From contig JAVZLQ010000002.1 in assembly GCA_038883655.1 (NCBI GenBank), positions 57,532 through 121,531 of the forward strand: a stretch of DNA of 64,000 nucleotides, in the 5' to 3' direction. A model generated the notes under the pieces. It searched no databases and was not told the origin of the DNA. It worked only from the letters and a program-made list of their open reading frames with translations. Positions within the stretch are counted from its first letter, which is position 1. Each line of letters opens with the position of its first letter. The position numbers and the translations under genes were made by a program. Of the stretch, positions 8,937-18,737 are shown piece by piece. The DNA comes from Candidatus Bathyarchaeia archaeon. Lineage in GTDB: Archaea > Thermoproteota > Bathyarchaeia > Bathyarchaeales > Bathycorpusculaceae.

Positions 8937-9980
8937 TTAGAAGTATTTTGGAATCTTTTGTATCATGGCAACTGTGAGTTTTACGGCGTTCTCCGCATCT
9001 TTCAGACTGAGTAACGATGTGGGGCTGTGTATATAGCGTGTTGGCACTGATATTACGCCGCTCGGCACACCTTCACGAGTTAATGCAATGCGCGCTGCAT
9101 CTGTTGAACCCGGCAATCCAGTTTCAAGTTGATATGGAATCTTATTTTCCTCAGCTGCATCAATAAGTAAACGTAAGACTTTTGGATGCGTAATTAAGCC
9201 CATGTCAGCAACCTCTATCGCTGGACCTTTCCTAAGCTTTATTGGCGCTTCAACCTCCTTTACGCCTGGCATGTCGCCCGCGACTGTTACATCTAACGCT
9301 ATGCCCACGTCCGGATTTATTCCGAAGGCTGCGGTTGTTGCTCCCCTTAGCCCAACTTCTTCCTGTACTGTTCCAACGGCGTATACTGTGCATTCCGCGT
9401 TTTTGAGGAGCTTCATCGCTTCGACCATTACTGCGCATCCAACTCTGTCGTCGAAAGCCTTTCCAATAACAACATCTTTGTTAACTCTTGCAAATTTTAT
9501 GTCAAAAGCCACTGGGTCTCCGATTTTTACGCCTATTTTTCTGGCTTCTTCTTGACTTCCTGCACCTATGTCTATGAAAAGTTCATCGTATGTCATGATT
9601 CTCTTTCTCTCCTCTTCCTTCTGTATGTGCGGCGGTTTTGAACCAATAATTCCGTGAAGTGGACCTTTTTCCGTGTAGACCAGAACTTTTTGGGCTAACA
9701 GTATGCGGTCGTCTATTCCACCTATCTTCGCGAACTGCAAAAATCCCTCTTTCGAAATTGTCTTTACGAGTAGGCCTATCTCGTCCATGTGGGCTGCAAG
9801 CATGACTTTGGGCGCGTTTTTCTCGCCCTTCCTTATCGCTATAACGTTTCCAAGCTTATCCTCCTTCACCTCGTCAGCGCACTTTTCCAGCATACTCCTC
9901 ATTAGTTTTCTAACTTCTTCTTCTCTTCCAGCAACTCCACATGCGTTAGAAAGTTTTTCTAGAGTTTCCGCGAGTTCCAT
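8937..9980 (-). CDS. M42 (TET) aminopeptidase
   Basis: AAHMDEIG, KAFDDR, QEEVGLRGA and RYIHSP. Confidence 0.95.
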   Translation of the reverse strand: MELAETLEKLSNACGVAGREEEVRKLMRSMLEKCADEVKEDKLGNVIAIRKGEKNAPKVMLAAHMDEIGLLVKTISKEGFLQFAKIGGIDDRILLAQKVLVYTEKGPLHGIIGSKPPHIQKEEERKRIMTYDELFIDIGAGSQEEARKIGVKIGDPVAFDIKFARVNKDVVIGKAFDDRVGCAVMVEAMKLLKNAECTVYAVGTVQEEVGLRGATTAAFGINPDVGIALDVTVAGDMPGVKEVEAPIKLRKGPAIEVADMGLITHPKVLRLLIDAAEENKIPYQLETGLPGSTDAARIALTREGVPSGVISVPTRYIHSPTSLLSLKDAENAVKLTVAMIQKIPKYF

Positions 9981-10150
9981 GTTCCTTTCGCCTCGAAAGA
10001 ATAGGCTAAAATCATAAATCTTTATATTAAACAGTTGCGGTATACAAGACCGAAAATTGCATGGCTTGCATAATTTGTGCTAGAAAAGGTGCTGAGATAA
10101 TTATTGAACAAGAGTAGACTTTTAAGCGTGTTAGGAGACCGTGCGTAGAA

Positions 10151-10993
10151 TTGTCGTTTGAGATACAAGAGTTACCAGACATTATACGTGTTATTGCGCT
10201 CTTAAGCCTCGGCAAAGGAAGCCCATTAGACAAGAATTGGCTAAAACGTAGAGTAGACAAGTATTGCGCGGGCTATGTTTGTGTTGATATAAAGGATATT
10301 GAAGAAGCGTTGGATGAAATGAGCAAAGAGGGCTTACTGGTTAATGATGGCGGAATTATCAAGCCGACTGAAAAGGGTTTAAGGTTGAGTAGGGAATGGC
10401 GCAACCTGCTTTTGAAAAGGGAGCCAATTCTGGAGGTTGTTGCTGGTTTAGCAGACGGCTCAATAACAGGACTTGTGGCTGTCCTTTCAGCGTTTATAGC
10501 TAATCTTTCAACAAACATGGCGGCTTTCGCTGCGATTTTAAGCCTAGCAGCAGTTGCAATAACAAACTTTTCCAGCTTCCTTCTTGGCGGAAAAACCGAA
10601 GACCTTGCAGACTTGCTTACGCTTAAAGCGCTGATAGACCATAGCCTAAGCGACATCCCAGACAAAGTTGAGAGAGATAAATCCCTAAAACTTGTTAGGC
10701 AACTGTTCATAATCTTGCGAAAGGAAATTAATAGGTCAAACATTTACGCTGCGTTAATAGCAAGTACCACAACATTTCTGGCGGGCATAACACCCATAGT
10801 CGCCTATTTAACGCTTCCACAATCCTTCAGCCTAATCATCTCTCTGGGAATAGTCAGCACAATAATAGGCATATTCCTCGTGCGATACCGCTCCCAAAGA
10901 ACAAAAGTACACTGGAAAATAACCCTAAGCGAAACACTAGCCATAATCATAATCGCCGTCACCGCATCACTAATACTCGGCGGAATCAAATAG
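10151..10993 (+). CDS. winged-helix + VIT1/CCC1-like membrane domain fusion
   Basis: N-terminal IEEALDEMSKEGLL...TEKG wHTH end; GLADGSITG VIT1-like TM1; five TM helices. Confidence 0.65.
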   Translation: MSFEIQELPDIIRVIALLSLGKGSPLDKNWLKRRVDKYCAGYVCVDIKDIEEALDEMSKEGLLVNDGGIIKPTEKGLRLSREWRNLLLKREPILEVVAGLADGSITGLVAVLSAFIANLSTNMAAFAAILSLAAVAITNFSSFLLGGKTEDLADLLTLKALIDHSLSDIPDKVERDKSLKLVRQLFIILRKEINRSNIYAALIASTTTFLAGITPIVAYLTLPQSFSLIISLGIVSTIIGIFLVRYRSQRTKVHWKITLSETLAIIIIAVTASLILGGIK

Positions 10994-10999
10994 CAAAAT

Positions 11000-11045
11000 T
11001 TTTGAGTTTAATCCACTTAAAATTTTGAGTTTAATCCACTTAAAA
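11000..11045. repeat. perfect 23-bp tandem direct repeat (x2)
   Basis: ttttgagtttaatccacttaaaa at 11000-11022 and 11023-11045. Confidence 0.95.
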
Positions 11046-11053
11046 GTGGTCGA

Positions 11054-11773
11054 ATGCGAAGCTTTCAAGTAAGCCTAACGGCAATATTTGCAGCGTTGCA
11101 CACCATACTATATTTTATGTCATTTGGTTTGTGGCGAAACTGGGGAATATACCTAGAATCCACGGAAGGCATAATCCTAGGCCCAAAATTGGGTTTTGCC
11201 GCAGCGCTGATAGGTTCCTTGATTGCGCGGATAATAAGGCCTGATGAGTTTTGGATGTTCGGCATAATCGCTGAACCAGTTAGCGTTCTAGCGGCTGGTT
11301 TATTGGCAAAGGCGAGATGGAAACCCGTTTTAGGTTTATATGCAGTAACTTTATTGGCGTATTTCATTCATCCTTACGGAAACCCGTTTGGGCAAGGTCT
11401 TCCCTTGTGGACGATTCTTGATGTACTACTTGCGTTTTTACTTATTTACCCAACAGCCAAATTAGGCGGGAATTTGTTTAACATTAGTTTTGAGCGTTTA
11501 CCCATTAAAATTGCATTGATTTCCTTCGTTTGCATAGCAACAGATTCACTGATTAGGATATTCCTCCTAATCCCATGCGGGCTATACACCTTATTCACTT
11601 ACTTTAGCACTTTTGAAAGCCTTTACGCTATTTTTGTTGAAGCTGCCGCTGCCTCTTATATCGAAGATTTAATCGTGGTTATCGTTTCATTTGCTGTAGG
11701 CGTACCTTTGCTGATTAGCCTTTTAAAACTTAGACTCTTGGTAAGCGAACAAAACGTGAAGCATGTGAAATGA
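11054..11773 (+). CDS. membrane protein, ECF S-component-like
   Basis: A.FAAL N-terminal motif, GIILGPKLGFAAALIG, 6-7 TM helices. Confidence 0.6.
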   Translation: MRSFQVSLTAIFAALHTILYFMSFGLWRNWGIYLESTEGIILGPKLGFAAALIGSLIARIIRPDEFWMFGIIAEPVSVLAAGLLAKARWKPVLGLYAVTLLAYFIHPYGNPFGQGLPLWTILDVLLAFLLIYPTAKLGGNLFNISFERLPIKIALISFVCIATDSLIRIFLLIPCGLYTLFTYFSTFESLYAIFVEAAAASYIEDLIVVIVSFAVGVPLLISLLKLRLLVSEQNVKHVK

Positions 11774-11778
11774 AAATT

Positions 11779-12015
11779 CTATTGTGGTGGTGGCGGTGGT
11801 GGTTGTTGCTGTTGTTGTTTTTGCAATTCAAAGTATTCTGTTATGAGCAGTACGCCTTCTATTATTAGGAATATGCCAACTATTATTCCTATTAATGCTG
11901 GTATCAATATTACTAGGATGCCGAATATTATGCAGAGAACTGCCAAAACAGGCTTTGAAACCGTAATGCCAATTTTCCTTAAGCCCTTCTCTACAACTTC
12001 AGTCACTACGCTCAC
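11779..12015 (-). CDS. small membrane protein (DUF3096-like) with poly-Q/poly-P tail
   Basis: FGILVILIP.LI.IIVGIFLII.G pattern; QQQQQPPPPPPQ tail. Confidence 0.7.
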   Translation of the reverse strand: MSVVTEVVEKGLRKIGITVSKPVLAVLCIIFGILVILIPALIGIIVGIFLIIEGVLLITEYFELQKQQQQQPPPPPPQ

Positions 12016-12112
12016 CTTCTGTGCAATATAAGAACTAACTTGACTTTGTATTTAAGCCAGTGGACGTAGCGTTCAACAATGACAATTTTTAAACGTGGCA
12101 ATTATAGTATAA

Positions 12113-13090
12113 TTGAAAAGAGGTGTTAGTTTGCCTGAACAATTCAAAACGGTTTTCATCTTTTTGGACACAGATAAACACGCAAGTCCATTCGACATAC
12201 TAACAACGATAGACACCTTTCCAGATGCCACAATATTGAAGTACGAAAGTGTAACCGCTGAGGACGCTGAAAAAATAGTTTATGACGCGATGTTTCCAAG
12301 GGGACCAGAAGGCGCAAGGCACACGAAAATTTTCATAAACGGACGCGACTTCAAAATGGTGAACGAAATTTTGGAAAGAGCCAAAAAATGCATGTTTCCA
12401 CCCTTTGAACTTTCAGTAATAGTTGACCCGCGAGGCGCGTACACAACGGCAAGCGCTGCAGTAGCAAAAACACTGGAACTTTCAGTCGAAAAGAGCTTTG
12501 GAGGTTTAGAAGGCAAGAATGTTACTGTTCTAGCTGGAACTGGACCAGTAGGTCAGACTGCTGCGAGGCTTTATGCTTCTGAAAAGGCGAATGTTATTGT
12601 TACGTCGCGTGAGCTTCAAAAAGCTTCTTCCATAGCAGTGAAAATTAATGAGGAATTTGAAGAAGAGCGAGCCCGGGGAGTTGAAGCTCAAACTCCAGAT
12701 GAAATTGGAAAAGCCATAGAAAACGCGGATATAGTTTTGTCGGCTGGTGCTGCTGGAACGCAACTGCTTCCATTGGACGTGCTTAAAGAGTATGGCAGAA
12801 AATGTAGAATAGTTGCTGATATTAACGCCATTCCACCGCTAGGTGTTGAGGGTTTAAAGTCAAAGGCTGAAGGGGAAGAATTTCTGCCGAAAGTTTTCGG
12901 GATAGGTGCTTTAGCCATTGGAAAACTAAAAAACAAGGTTGAGGTTGAGCTGATTAAGAGGGCTGCTGAGGAACCAAAAGGCGTTTTTGACTATAAAATG
13001 GCTTATGAAATAGCCAAAAAACTGATAACTGAAAAGCTTAAAGAGAAAAGCAATCAAAAGGTTGAGCCGCAAAAACATTGGCTGCCATAA
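12113..13090 (+). CDS. mtdB: NAD(P)-dependent methylene-H4MPT dehydrogenase (MtdA/MtdB type)
   Basis: SPFD, FPRGP, DPRGAYTTA, GTGPVG, DINAIPPLGVEG and GIGALAIGKLK. Confidence 0.88.
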   Translation: MKRGVSLPEQFKTVFIFLDTDKHASPFDILTTIDTFPDATILKYESVTAEDAEKIVYDAMFPRGPEGARHTKIFINGRDFKMVNEILERAKKCMFPPFELSVIVDPRGAYTTASAAVAKTLELSVEKSFGGLEGKNVTVLAGTGPVGQTAARLYASEKANVIVTSRELQKASSIAVKINEEFEEERARGVEAQTPDEIGKAIENADIVLSAGAAGTQLLPLDVLKEYGRKCRIVADINAIPPLGVEGLKSKAEGEEFLPKVFGIGALAIGKLKNKVEVELIKRAAEEPKGVFDYKMAYEIAKKLITEKLKEKSNQKVEPQKHWLP

Positions 13091-13094
13091 TTAA

Positions 13095-14036
13095 GTGGTC
13101 CTTATGAGCGAAAAAACCTTTCTTTATAAAACTGAAAATGGTGTCACATGCGAGATTGTTGACACTTTTGCTGAGATGTTTCCGCTTTGGGCTGGACGTG
13201 TGCTTATAACTGCTGACAGCGAGAAGTGGGCTTTGAAAGCTGCTGAGGTTGCGACGGGCTTCGCTACAAGCGTTATAATGTCTCCCGCGGAGGCTGGGAT
13301 TGAGCGCATTGTCCCAGCGGAAGAAACTCCAGACAAGCGTGTTGGCGTGTTGATTCAAGTTTATAATAGGAATAGGATTGAGTTGAAGAATCAGCTGATA
13401 CTGCGTATAGGACAATGCGTAATGACTTGTCCAACAACAGCCGCTTTTGACGCGACGCCAAACGCTAAAAGGCGTCTGAAGGTTGGGAGAAGCATAAGGT
13501 ATTTCGGCGATGGGTTCCAAAGGAAAGGCATCGTCGGAGATAGAAAGGTTTGGAAAATCCCAGTAATGGAAGGCGAGTTCATAGTTGAAGATTCTTTTGG
13601 GGCAGCTGAAGCTGTTGCTGGCGGAAACTTCCTTATCTTAGCGCGGGACAAGTTTTCTGGGCTTATGGCCGCCGAAGAAGCCGTTAAAGCCATAAAGGCA
13701 AAAGCCAAAGATGTGATACTCCCTTTTCCAGGTGGAATCTGCCGTTCTGGCTCAAAGGCTGGCTCTTTAAAGTATAAGCTTAAAGCGTCGACGAATCATC
13801 CGTTCTGTCCAGGGTTAAAGGCTGTCGTCCAAGATTCGCAGTTGCCGCAAGACGTTAATTGCGTTTACGAGATTGTGATTAACGGCTTGACCGTGGATGT
13901 GGTTAAGAGGGCTATGGGTGTTGGAGTTAAGGCGGCTGCTGAGGTTCCTGGGGTTGTTAGGATTTCCGCTGGTAACTATGGCGGAAGGCTTGGTCCATAC
14001 AAGGCTTTTCTGAAAGAAGTTTTGGAAATCGTTTAG
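13095..14036 (+). CDS. ftr: formylmethanofuran-H4MPT N-formyltransferase
   Basis: DTFAEMF, GFATSVI, ETPD, RIGQCVMTCPTT, GGICRSGSK and SAGNYGGRLG. Confidence 0.95.
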   Translation: MVLMSEKTFLYKTENGVTCEIVDTFAEMFPLWAGRVLITADSEKWALKAAEVATGFATSVIMSPAEAGIERIVPAEETPDKRVGVLIQVYNRNRIELKNQLILRIGQCVMTCPTTAAFDATPNAKRRLKVGRSIRYFGDGFQRKGIVGDRKVWKIPVMEGEFIVEDSFGAAEAVAGGNFLILARDKFSGLMAAEEAVKAIKAKAKDVILPFPGGICRSGSKAGSLKYKLKASTNHPFCPGLKAVVQDSQLPQDVNCVYEIVINGLTVDVVKRAMGVGVKAAAEVPGVVRISAGNYGGRLGPYKAFLKEVLEIV

Positions 14037-14111
14037 GCTTCTTTTTTCCTAAACTTTTATTTGACACAGTGCCATCTAGCTTTTGGCTAAAGCGTAATCA
14101 GTGAGAAACAG

Positions 14112-15377
14112 TTGAGCACAACAAAAAGGACATCCCTTGAACTGTTCAGACTCAAAAAGACACTGATGACTCTAGCCAATAAAGAAGGGCGCGGAACAGA
14201 ACTCGTTTCGCTTTATATCCCGCCTGGAAAGCAGATAAGCGAAGTCATGAATATGCTTAGAGACGAGTATGGGACAGCCTCAAACATCAAATCCACGACT
14301 ACACGCAAAAATGTTCAAGACGCCATCGTGAAAGTTCAGCAACGCCTAAAACTCTTCAAGGAAACTCCAGAAACTGGACTCGTAATCTTTTGCGGAGCCA
14401 TTCCACAGAACGGCACTGGAAGCGAGAAAATCGAAACATACGTGATAATTCCGCCAGAACCAATAAACATCTACCTCTACCGCTGCGACTCGCGATTTCA
14501 CACCGAACATTTGCAAGAACTTTTACGCGAAAAAGAAACTTACGGCATAATCCTAATAGACTCTTCAGATGCCACGCTTGCAACACTCCGCGGAAGAAGA
14601 CTCGAAATAGTCAGGGAAATAAGCTCAGGCGTGCCTGGAAAAACCCGTGCTGGCGGGCAGTCAGCCAGACGATATGAGAGGCTTAGGGAGATGCGCCTCC
14701 AAGACTATTTTAGGCGTGTAGGCGAACACGCAAATGAAACTTTTCTGCCGATAGGGGATTTGAAGGGACTTATAATTGCTGGTCCAGGACCGACGAAGTA
14801 TGATTTTGAGAAGGGCGATTACCTTAATTACATGTTAAAAGAGAAGGTTTTGGATGTTGTGGACACGGCTTATGTTGGCGAGCAAGGCGTTAAAGAGGTT
14901 GTTGACAAGGCTCCAGAAATAATGCGCAAAGTGCGCTATATCGAGGAGAGGCATCTTGTTCAGCAATTTCTATACGAGATTGGACACGACACTGGACTGG
15001 CAACATACGGCGAAGAGGAAGTGCGAAAAGCCTTAGAAGCTGGAGCCGTTAGGACGCTGCTCCTTTCAGAAGGAATTGACATTGTACGCGTCACGGTGAA
15101 GTGCAGTGCATGCGGCTACCAAGAACAGCAAACCATTAAAGGTCAAATGCTTACGAATTTCGAGCAGAGCCTTTCCGGTAAGCCTTGTCCAAAATGTAAT
15201 GCGCCATCATTGGCAATAGCTGAAACTCAAGAGTTGATAGAGAATTTTGCACAGTTGGCTGAGTACACAAACACCGAAGTGGAGATAATCTCGAGCGAAA
15301 CCGAGGAGGGGCACATGCTCAAAAACTCCTTCGGTGGAATCGCAGCCATCCTTCGGTTCAAACTGCAAAATCAGTAG
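14112..15377 (+). CDS. prf1: peptide chain release factor aRF1
   Basis: GTELVSLYIP, NIKS, YRCD and GGQS. Confidence 0.97.
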   Translation: MSTTKRTSLELFRLKKTLMTLANKEGRGTELVSLYIPPGKQISEVMNMLRDEYGTASNIKSTTTRKNVQDAIVKVQQRLKLFKETPETGLVIFCGAIPQNGTGSEKIETYVIIPPEPINIYLYRCDSRFHTEHLQELLREKETYGIILIDSSDATLATLRGRRLEIVREISSGVPGKTRAGGQSARRYERLREMRLQDYFRRVGEHANETFLPIGDLKGLIIAGPGPTKYDFEKGDYLNYMLKEKVLDVVDTAYVGEQGVKEVVDKAPEIMRKVRYIEERHLVQQFLYEIGHDTGLATYGEEEVRKALEAGAVRTLLLSEGIDIVRVTVKCSACGYQEQQTIKGQMLTNFEQSLSGKPCPKCNAPSLAIAETQELIENFAQLAEYTNTEVEIISSETEEGHMLKNSFGGIAAILRFKLQNQ

Positions 15378-15453
15378 GCGTCAAAATCAATTAGATGTAA
15401 AATTTGCGAAAAAGGTTATTTTTGTAATAGCCCAGCATTATTCGGGCATCGAA

Positions 15454-16554
15454 ATGAAGTGGCACTCGCTTTACCTTGAATGGTACGTGAAAGTTCCAAC
15501 TGTAAAGTTCGATTTCCGTTCGAGTGGTCTCGCCTATCTGAAACTTGACTTGACATTGGGCGAAGTTGATTTAAGCGTCAACTATGCTCACGGCAACCCA
15601 GAAACAGCCAAACTTTTAGCAAGAAGATATGGCGTGGAGCCTAAAAACGTGTTCATTTCAAGTGACGGTGCATCTGGTCAAAACGTGCGCATAATAATGG
15701 TATTAGCCGAAAAGAGCCGCAAAAAAGAGGCTGTTGTCGAGTATCCCACATACGAGCCACTGCTGCGTCAAGTTCAAGAATATTTTCCTCGTGTAAAGAG
15801 GCTGGAGCGAAAAGCGGAAGATGGTTATAGGCTTGACGCTGATGCTCTGCGGGAGGTTGTTTCAGACAAAACTGGACTACTTGTTATTACGAATCCTCAT
15901 GCGCCAAGTGGGGCAGTAGCCACAAAAAGCGATTTAAGCGAAGTTATGGCTGTCGCCAAAGAATATGGCTTTTACGTGTTGTGCGATGAGATATACGCGG
16001 AGTTTGAAAGGGTAAGCATACAAACTGCTTTCTCGATTGATGAAGAGTTTGGAATAACAACCACAAGCTTCAGTAAGGCTTATGGTTTGGGCGGTTTAAG
16101 GCTTGGTGTGGCTTTAGCTTCAGAAAAGCTTGTTGATGAGCTTTACGCTGATACGCTAGGCACAATTGGAAACAGCTCTAACATGGTCCAATTCATAGCG
16201 GCAAAACTGCTGAGAGATGACATTCGAAAACTTGAGGGACACAAGCTTAGGTGGAGCGCGCTTAAAAGGGAAACTGAAGAATGGCTTGATGCAAAGGAAT
16301 TTGAGTATTTTCAGAACAAGTTTGGCATCACCTACTGGGTTAAAACGCCAATAAAAGACACTTACAAGTGGGTTAATGAAACGGCGATACCGAAACACTG
16401 CGTGGCACCAGTGCCAGGCGCCTTCTTTCTATTCAAAAGCGGCTACACAATTGTCAATTCAAGTATGATTAGGCTGGGACTCGGCAACATAAATCCTGAG
16501 AATCCAAACTTGCAATTGGCACTTGAAGCATTATGGAAAGCCATTAATGGGTAG
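15454..16554 (+). CDS. PLP-dependent aminotransferase class I/II
   Basis: NPHAPSG, DEIY and SFSKAYGLGGLRLG; probable ATG at 15454. Confidence 0.9.
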   Translation: MKWHSLYLEWYVKVPTVKFDFRSSGLAYLKLDLTLGEVDLSVNYAHGNPETAKLLARRYGVEPKNVFISSDGASGQNVRIIMVLAEKSRKKEAVVEYPTYEPLLRQVQEYFPRVKRLERKAEDGYRLDADALREVVSDKTGLLVITNPHAPSGAVATKSDLSEVMAVAKEYGFYVLCDEIYAEFERVSIQTAFSIDEEFGITTTSFSKAYGLGGLRLGVALASEKLVDELYADTLGTIGNSSNMVQFIAAKLLRDDIRKLEGHKLRWSALKRETEEWLDAKEFEYFQNKFGITYWVKTPIKDTYKWVNETAIPKHCVAPVPGAFFLFKSGYTIVNSSMIRLGLGNINPENPNLQLALEALWKAING

Positions 16555-16590
16555 AGTAAGCTTATTTTTCTAAATATCACTCTATGCAGT

Positions 16591-17091
16591 GTGTGGTTTA
16601 GGATGAACTGTGAAGCTGAAATTTTTGCGTGTTCTTTAAAGCATGTTGAAAATTTTGCCGCGGAACTAAAAGAGCTCTGGCTAGGTTTAGCTCGCGAGAC
16701 GTTTGAAATTGAGCCTTTCATAACGCCATCAGAAGCTAACAGTAACAAGTGGTTTAAGTTTGTGCGTGAAAGCTTGGCTTGTGAAAAGGGCTTATTGCTT
16801 GTTGCCAGAAGCGAGGGGAAGATTGTTGGGTTTCTCTTCGCCAGCGTGAGACGTGATTTTCCCTTAGAAACTTCCAAAATTGTGGGCGTGATAAATGATG
16901 TTTATGTTTTGCCCACATTTCGTAGGAGAGGCACGGGAAGGAGACTTATTGTAGAATTTCTTGGGAGGGTGAAGGAGTTGGGTGTGGACAGCGTGTTTCT
17001 CTCCGTTCTGGCAAAGAACACAAACGCCATAAAGCTGTATGAGAATTTTAACTTTAAAATCTATAGTTATACTATGGTGAAGAAGCTGTAG
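16591..17091 (+). CDS. GNAT acetyltransferase
   Basis: VYVLPTFRRRGTG and N.NAIKLYE. Confidence 0.9.
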   Translation: MWFRMNCEAEIFACSLKHVENFAAELKELWLGLARETFEIEPFITPSEANSNKWFKFVRESLACEKGLLLVARSEGKIVGFLFASVRRDFPLETSKIVGVINDVYVLPTFRRRGTGRRLIVEFLGRVKELGVDSVFLSVLAKNTNAIKLYENFNFKIYSYTMVKKL

Positions 17092-17096
17092 GAGCA

Positions 17097-18737
17097 TTAA
17101 ACTTTTTGAGCATTATACATTCTTATCAGTTCTTTTAATGCCCAGCTGAACTTTTTCTGTAAAGTTTTTGGATAAAGCTTTACGGGGTTAAATTTCACTT
17201 TTGCAGCCCACTGCGCATAAACCCGCGGGTCAATGTAGGACTTAAGCGAAGTCCCCAAATTCCATTCTCTAGTTTCCTTCATCAAGGCGATGTCAAACTT
17301 CACTTTTTCAATCCTCGTCATAATCGCTTCCGTGCTCTTCCCCTTTTCTGCTCTTTCTTTCAGTTGAAGCTGTAACTCCTTAAGTCTAGCCTCCTTTTTT
17401 GCGAGTCGCTCTTCAAAGTTTGCTGGAACCTTCTTCTTGTGGTTGGCTACTTTTGCGCCTTCAAGGTTCGCCATTTTCGCGTGGAACTGTTTCACGTATT
17501 CTGGATCTGTCTCTTTAACCTCACATTTTTCTAGGTATTCCCTCACAGCCTTCGTTGTTCTCCATGTCCTAAAAACCTTGGCTGTTAAACCCTTCATCTT
17601 TTCTGAGAGGAACCGTGAAACTTTCTTTGAGTTTATCCCTTCGAACAAGTACTCTTTGCATGTTTTCATGCAATGTTCAATATTTTTAATCACAGATTGC
17701 GGCGCCCTTATGGATTTTTCCCATCTGACTGCGTCTTTTCCCAAAAAGTCAAAATGCAATATATTACCGTCTATTTTGATGTGTTCTGGTCGCAATGTTA
17801 TGGCGCCGACGGTGTCCGCTTCTCCTGGGTCTTTTTCGTCGCCGACACGCATGTTTAGCGCGTGAATTAGCCAGCTTACAGTTGCCACTTTTCGTCTTTC
17901 CTCGTCCCGCGCATTAAGGTTCTTCATTATGTGTTCTTCGATTTTGGGGATTAAATCGCCGAGTTTTTCAGCTTTTCTATACTTTTCATATTCCCTTCTC
18001 TGTTTTACGAATGCTGAATCGGAAAACCACACGTACTTTATTTTGCCGGTTAGCTTATCTTGCCACTTTGCAATGTAAAGCTTATCTGGCTCCCAAACGA
18101 TGTCCTTCCAGTTTCCAGGCGGTCTAGGCGCGTCTGGCGAAAGGTTTAGGATAATGTCCTCTTCGCTTGGTCCTTCTTTCCATCTGCCCCTTTTCGGGTG
18201 GTCGCCCCTTCCAACAAATATGCATGATGGTTCGGCTGTCCAGTTTGCAATTTCTATTCGCCTTCCATTCACGATGGCGTAGCCAAACCTTTTCTTTAGC
18301 TCTTCTCTTTGGGCTTTTCGTTGTTTCGCAAGCCTCTTTTTCTCGCTTTTTGTCAAATTCTGCTTCTTCTGCTTCTCCTGTTCCAAGTAAGCGAGAATTT
18401 CTGAAAAATCAATTTCTGATTGGACTGTTGCTTGTGGCTGAAAATCGTTTTCCTCTATACTTTTCAAGTGTTCAGCATGGAAAGTGTCGAGGAATTCTAG
18501 CTGTGGGTTTTCTATTTTCAGCTGCCGAAGAAAATCTTGGATAAAGTTCTTGTAGAAGACTTTGTCTGGCGGAGATGCGGACTGCACCTTTTTGATTAGG
18601 GCGATTGCCATCTGCTCTGTTTTTGGACCAAGTTTTACGGTGTGTCCTCTTATTTTTATTTGGAATCCCTTGTATTCGAATTGCGGAACGTACACGCCGT
18701 TATGCCATAAGCTTTTTAGTTCGTGTTTAGCCGTGGT
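17097..18737 (-). CDS. DNA topoisomerase IB (eukaryote-like); start anomalous
   Basis: EP..F.GRGDHPKRG, KYV, catalytic R(MRVG), K(GKD), R(KVFRT), H(ANH) and Y(SYIDPR). The in-frame LKSLWHNG motif lies upstream of the called GTG (18695). Confidence 0.93.
   Translation of the reverse strand, partial: TTAKHELKSLWHNGVYVPQFEYKGFQIKIRGHTVKLGPKTEQMAIALIKKVQSASPPDKVFYKNFIQDFLRQLKIENPQLEFLDTFHAEHLKSIEENDFQPQATVQSEIDFSEILAYLEQEKQKKQNLTKSEKKRLAKQRKAQREELKKRFGYAIVNGRRIEIANWTAEPSCIFVGRGDHPKRGRWKEGPSEEDIILNLSPDAPRPPGNWKDIVWEPDKLYIAKWQDKLTGKIKYVWFSDSAFVKQRREYEKYRKAEKLGDLIPKIEEHIMKNLNARDEERRKVATVSWLIHALNMRVGDEKDPGEADTVGAITLRPEHIKIDGNILHFDFLGKDAVRWEKSIRAPQSVIKNIEHCMKTCKEYLFEGINSKKVSRFLSEKMKGLTAKVFRTWRTTKAVREYLEKCEVKETDPEYVKQFHAKMANLEGAKVANHKKKVPANFEERLAKKEARLKELQLQLKERAEKGKSTEAIMTRIEKVKFDIALMKETREWNLGTSLKSYIDPRVYAQWAAKVKFNPVKLYPKTLQKKFSWALKELIRMYNAQKV

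Noticed and set aside
11000-11045. Possible CRISPR array
   Set aside because: Only two adjacent copies with no spacer, and no cas genes. No CRISPR array was seen in the window.
15334-15453. Extended N-termini in the ORF track (aminotransferase; likewise fibrillarin, methyltransferase and ftsZ)
   Set aside because: The extensions overlap upstream genes; downstream starts fit the family N-termini better.
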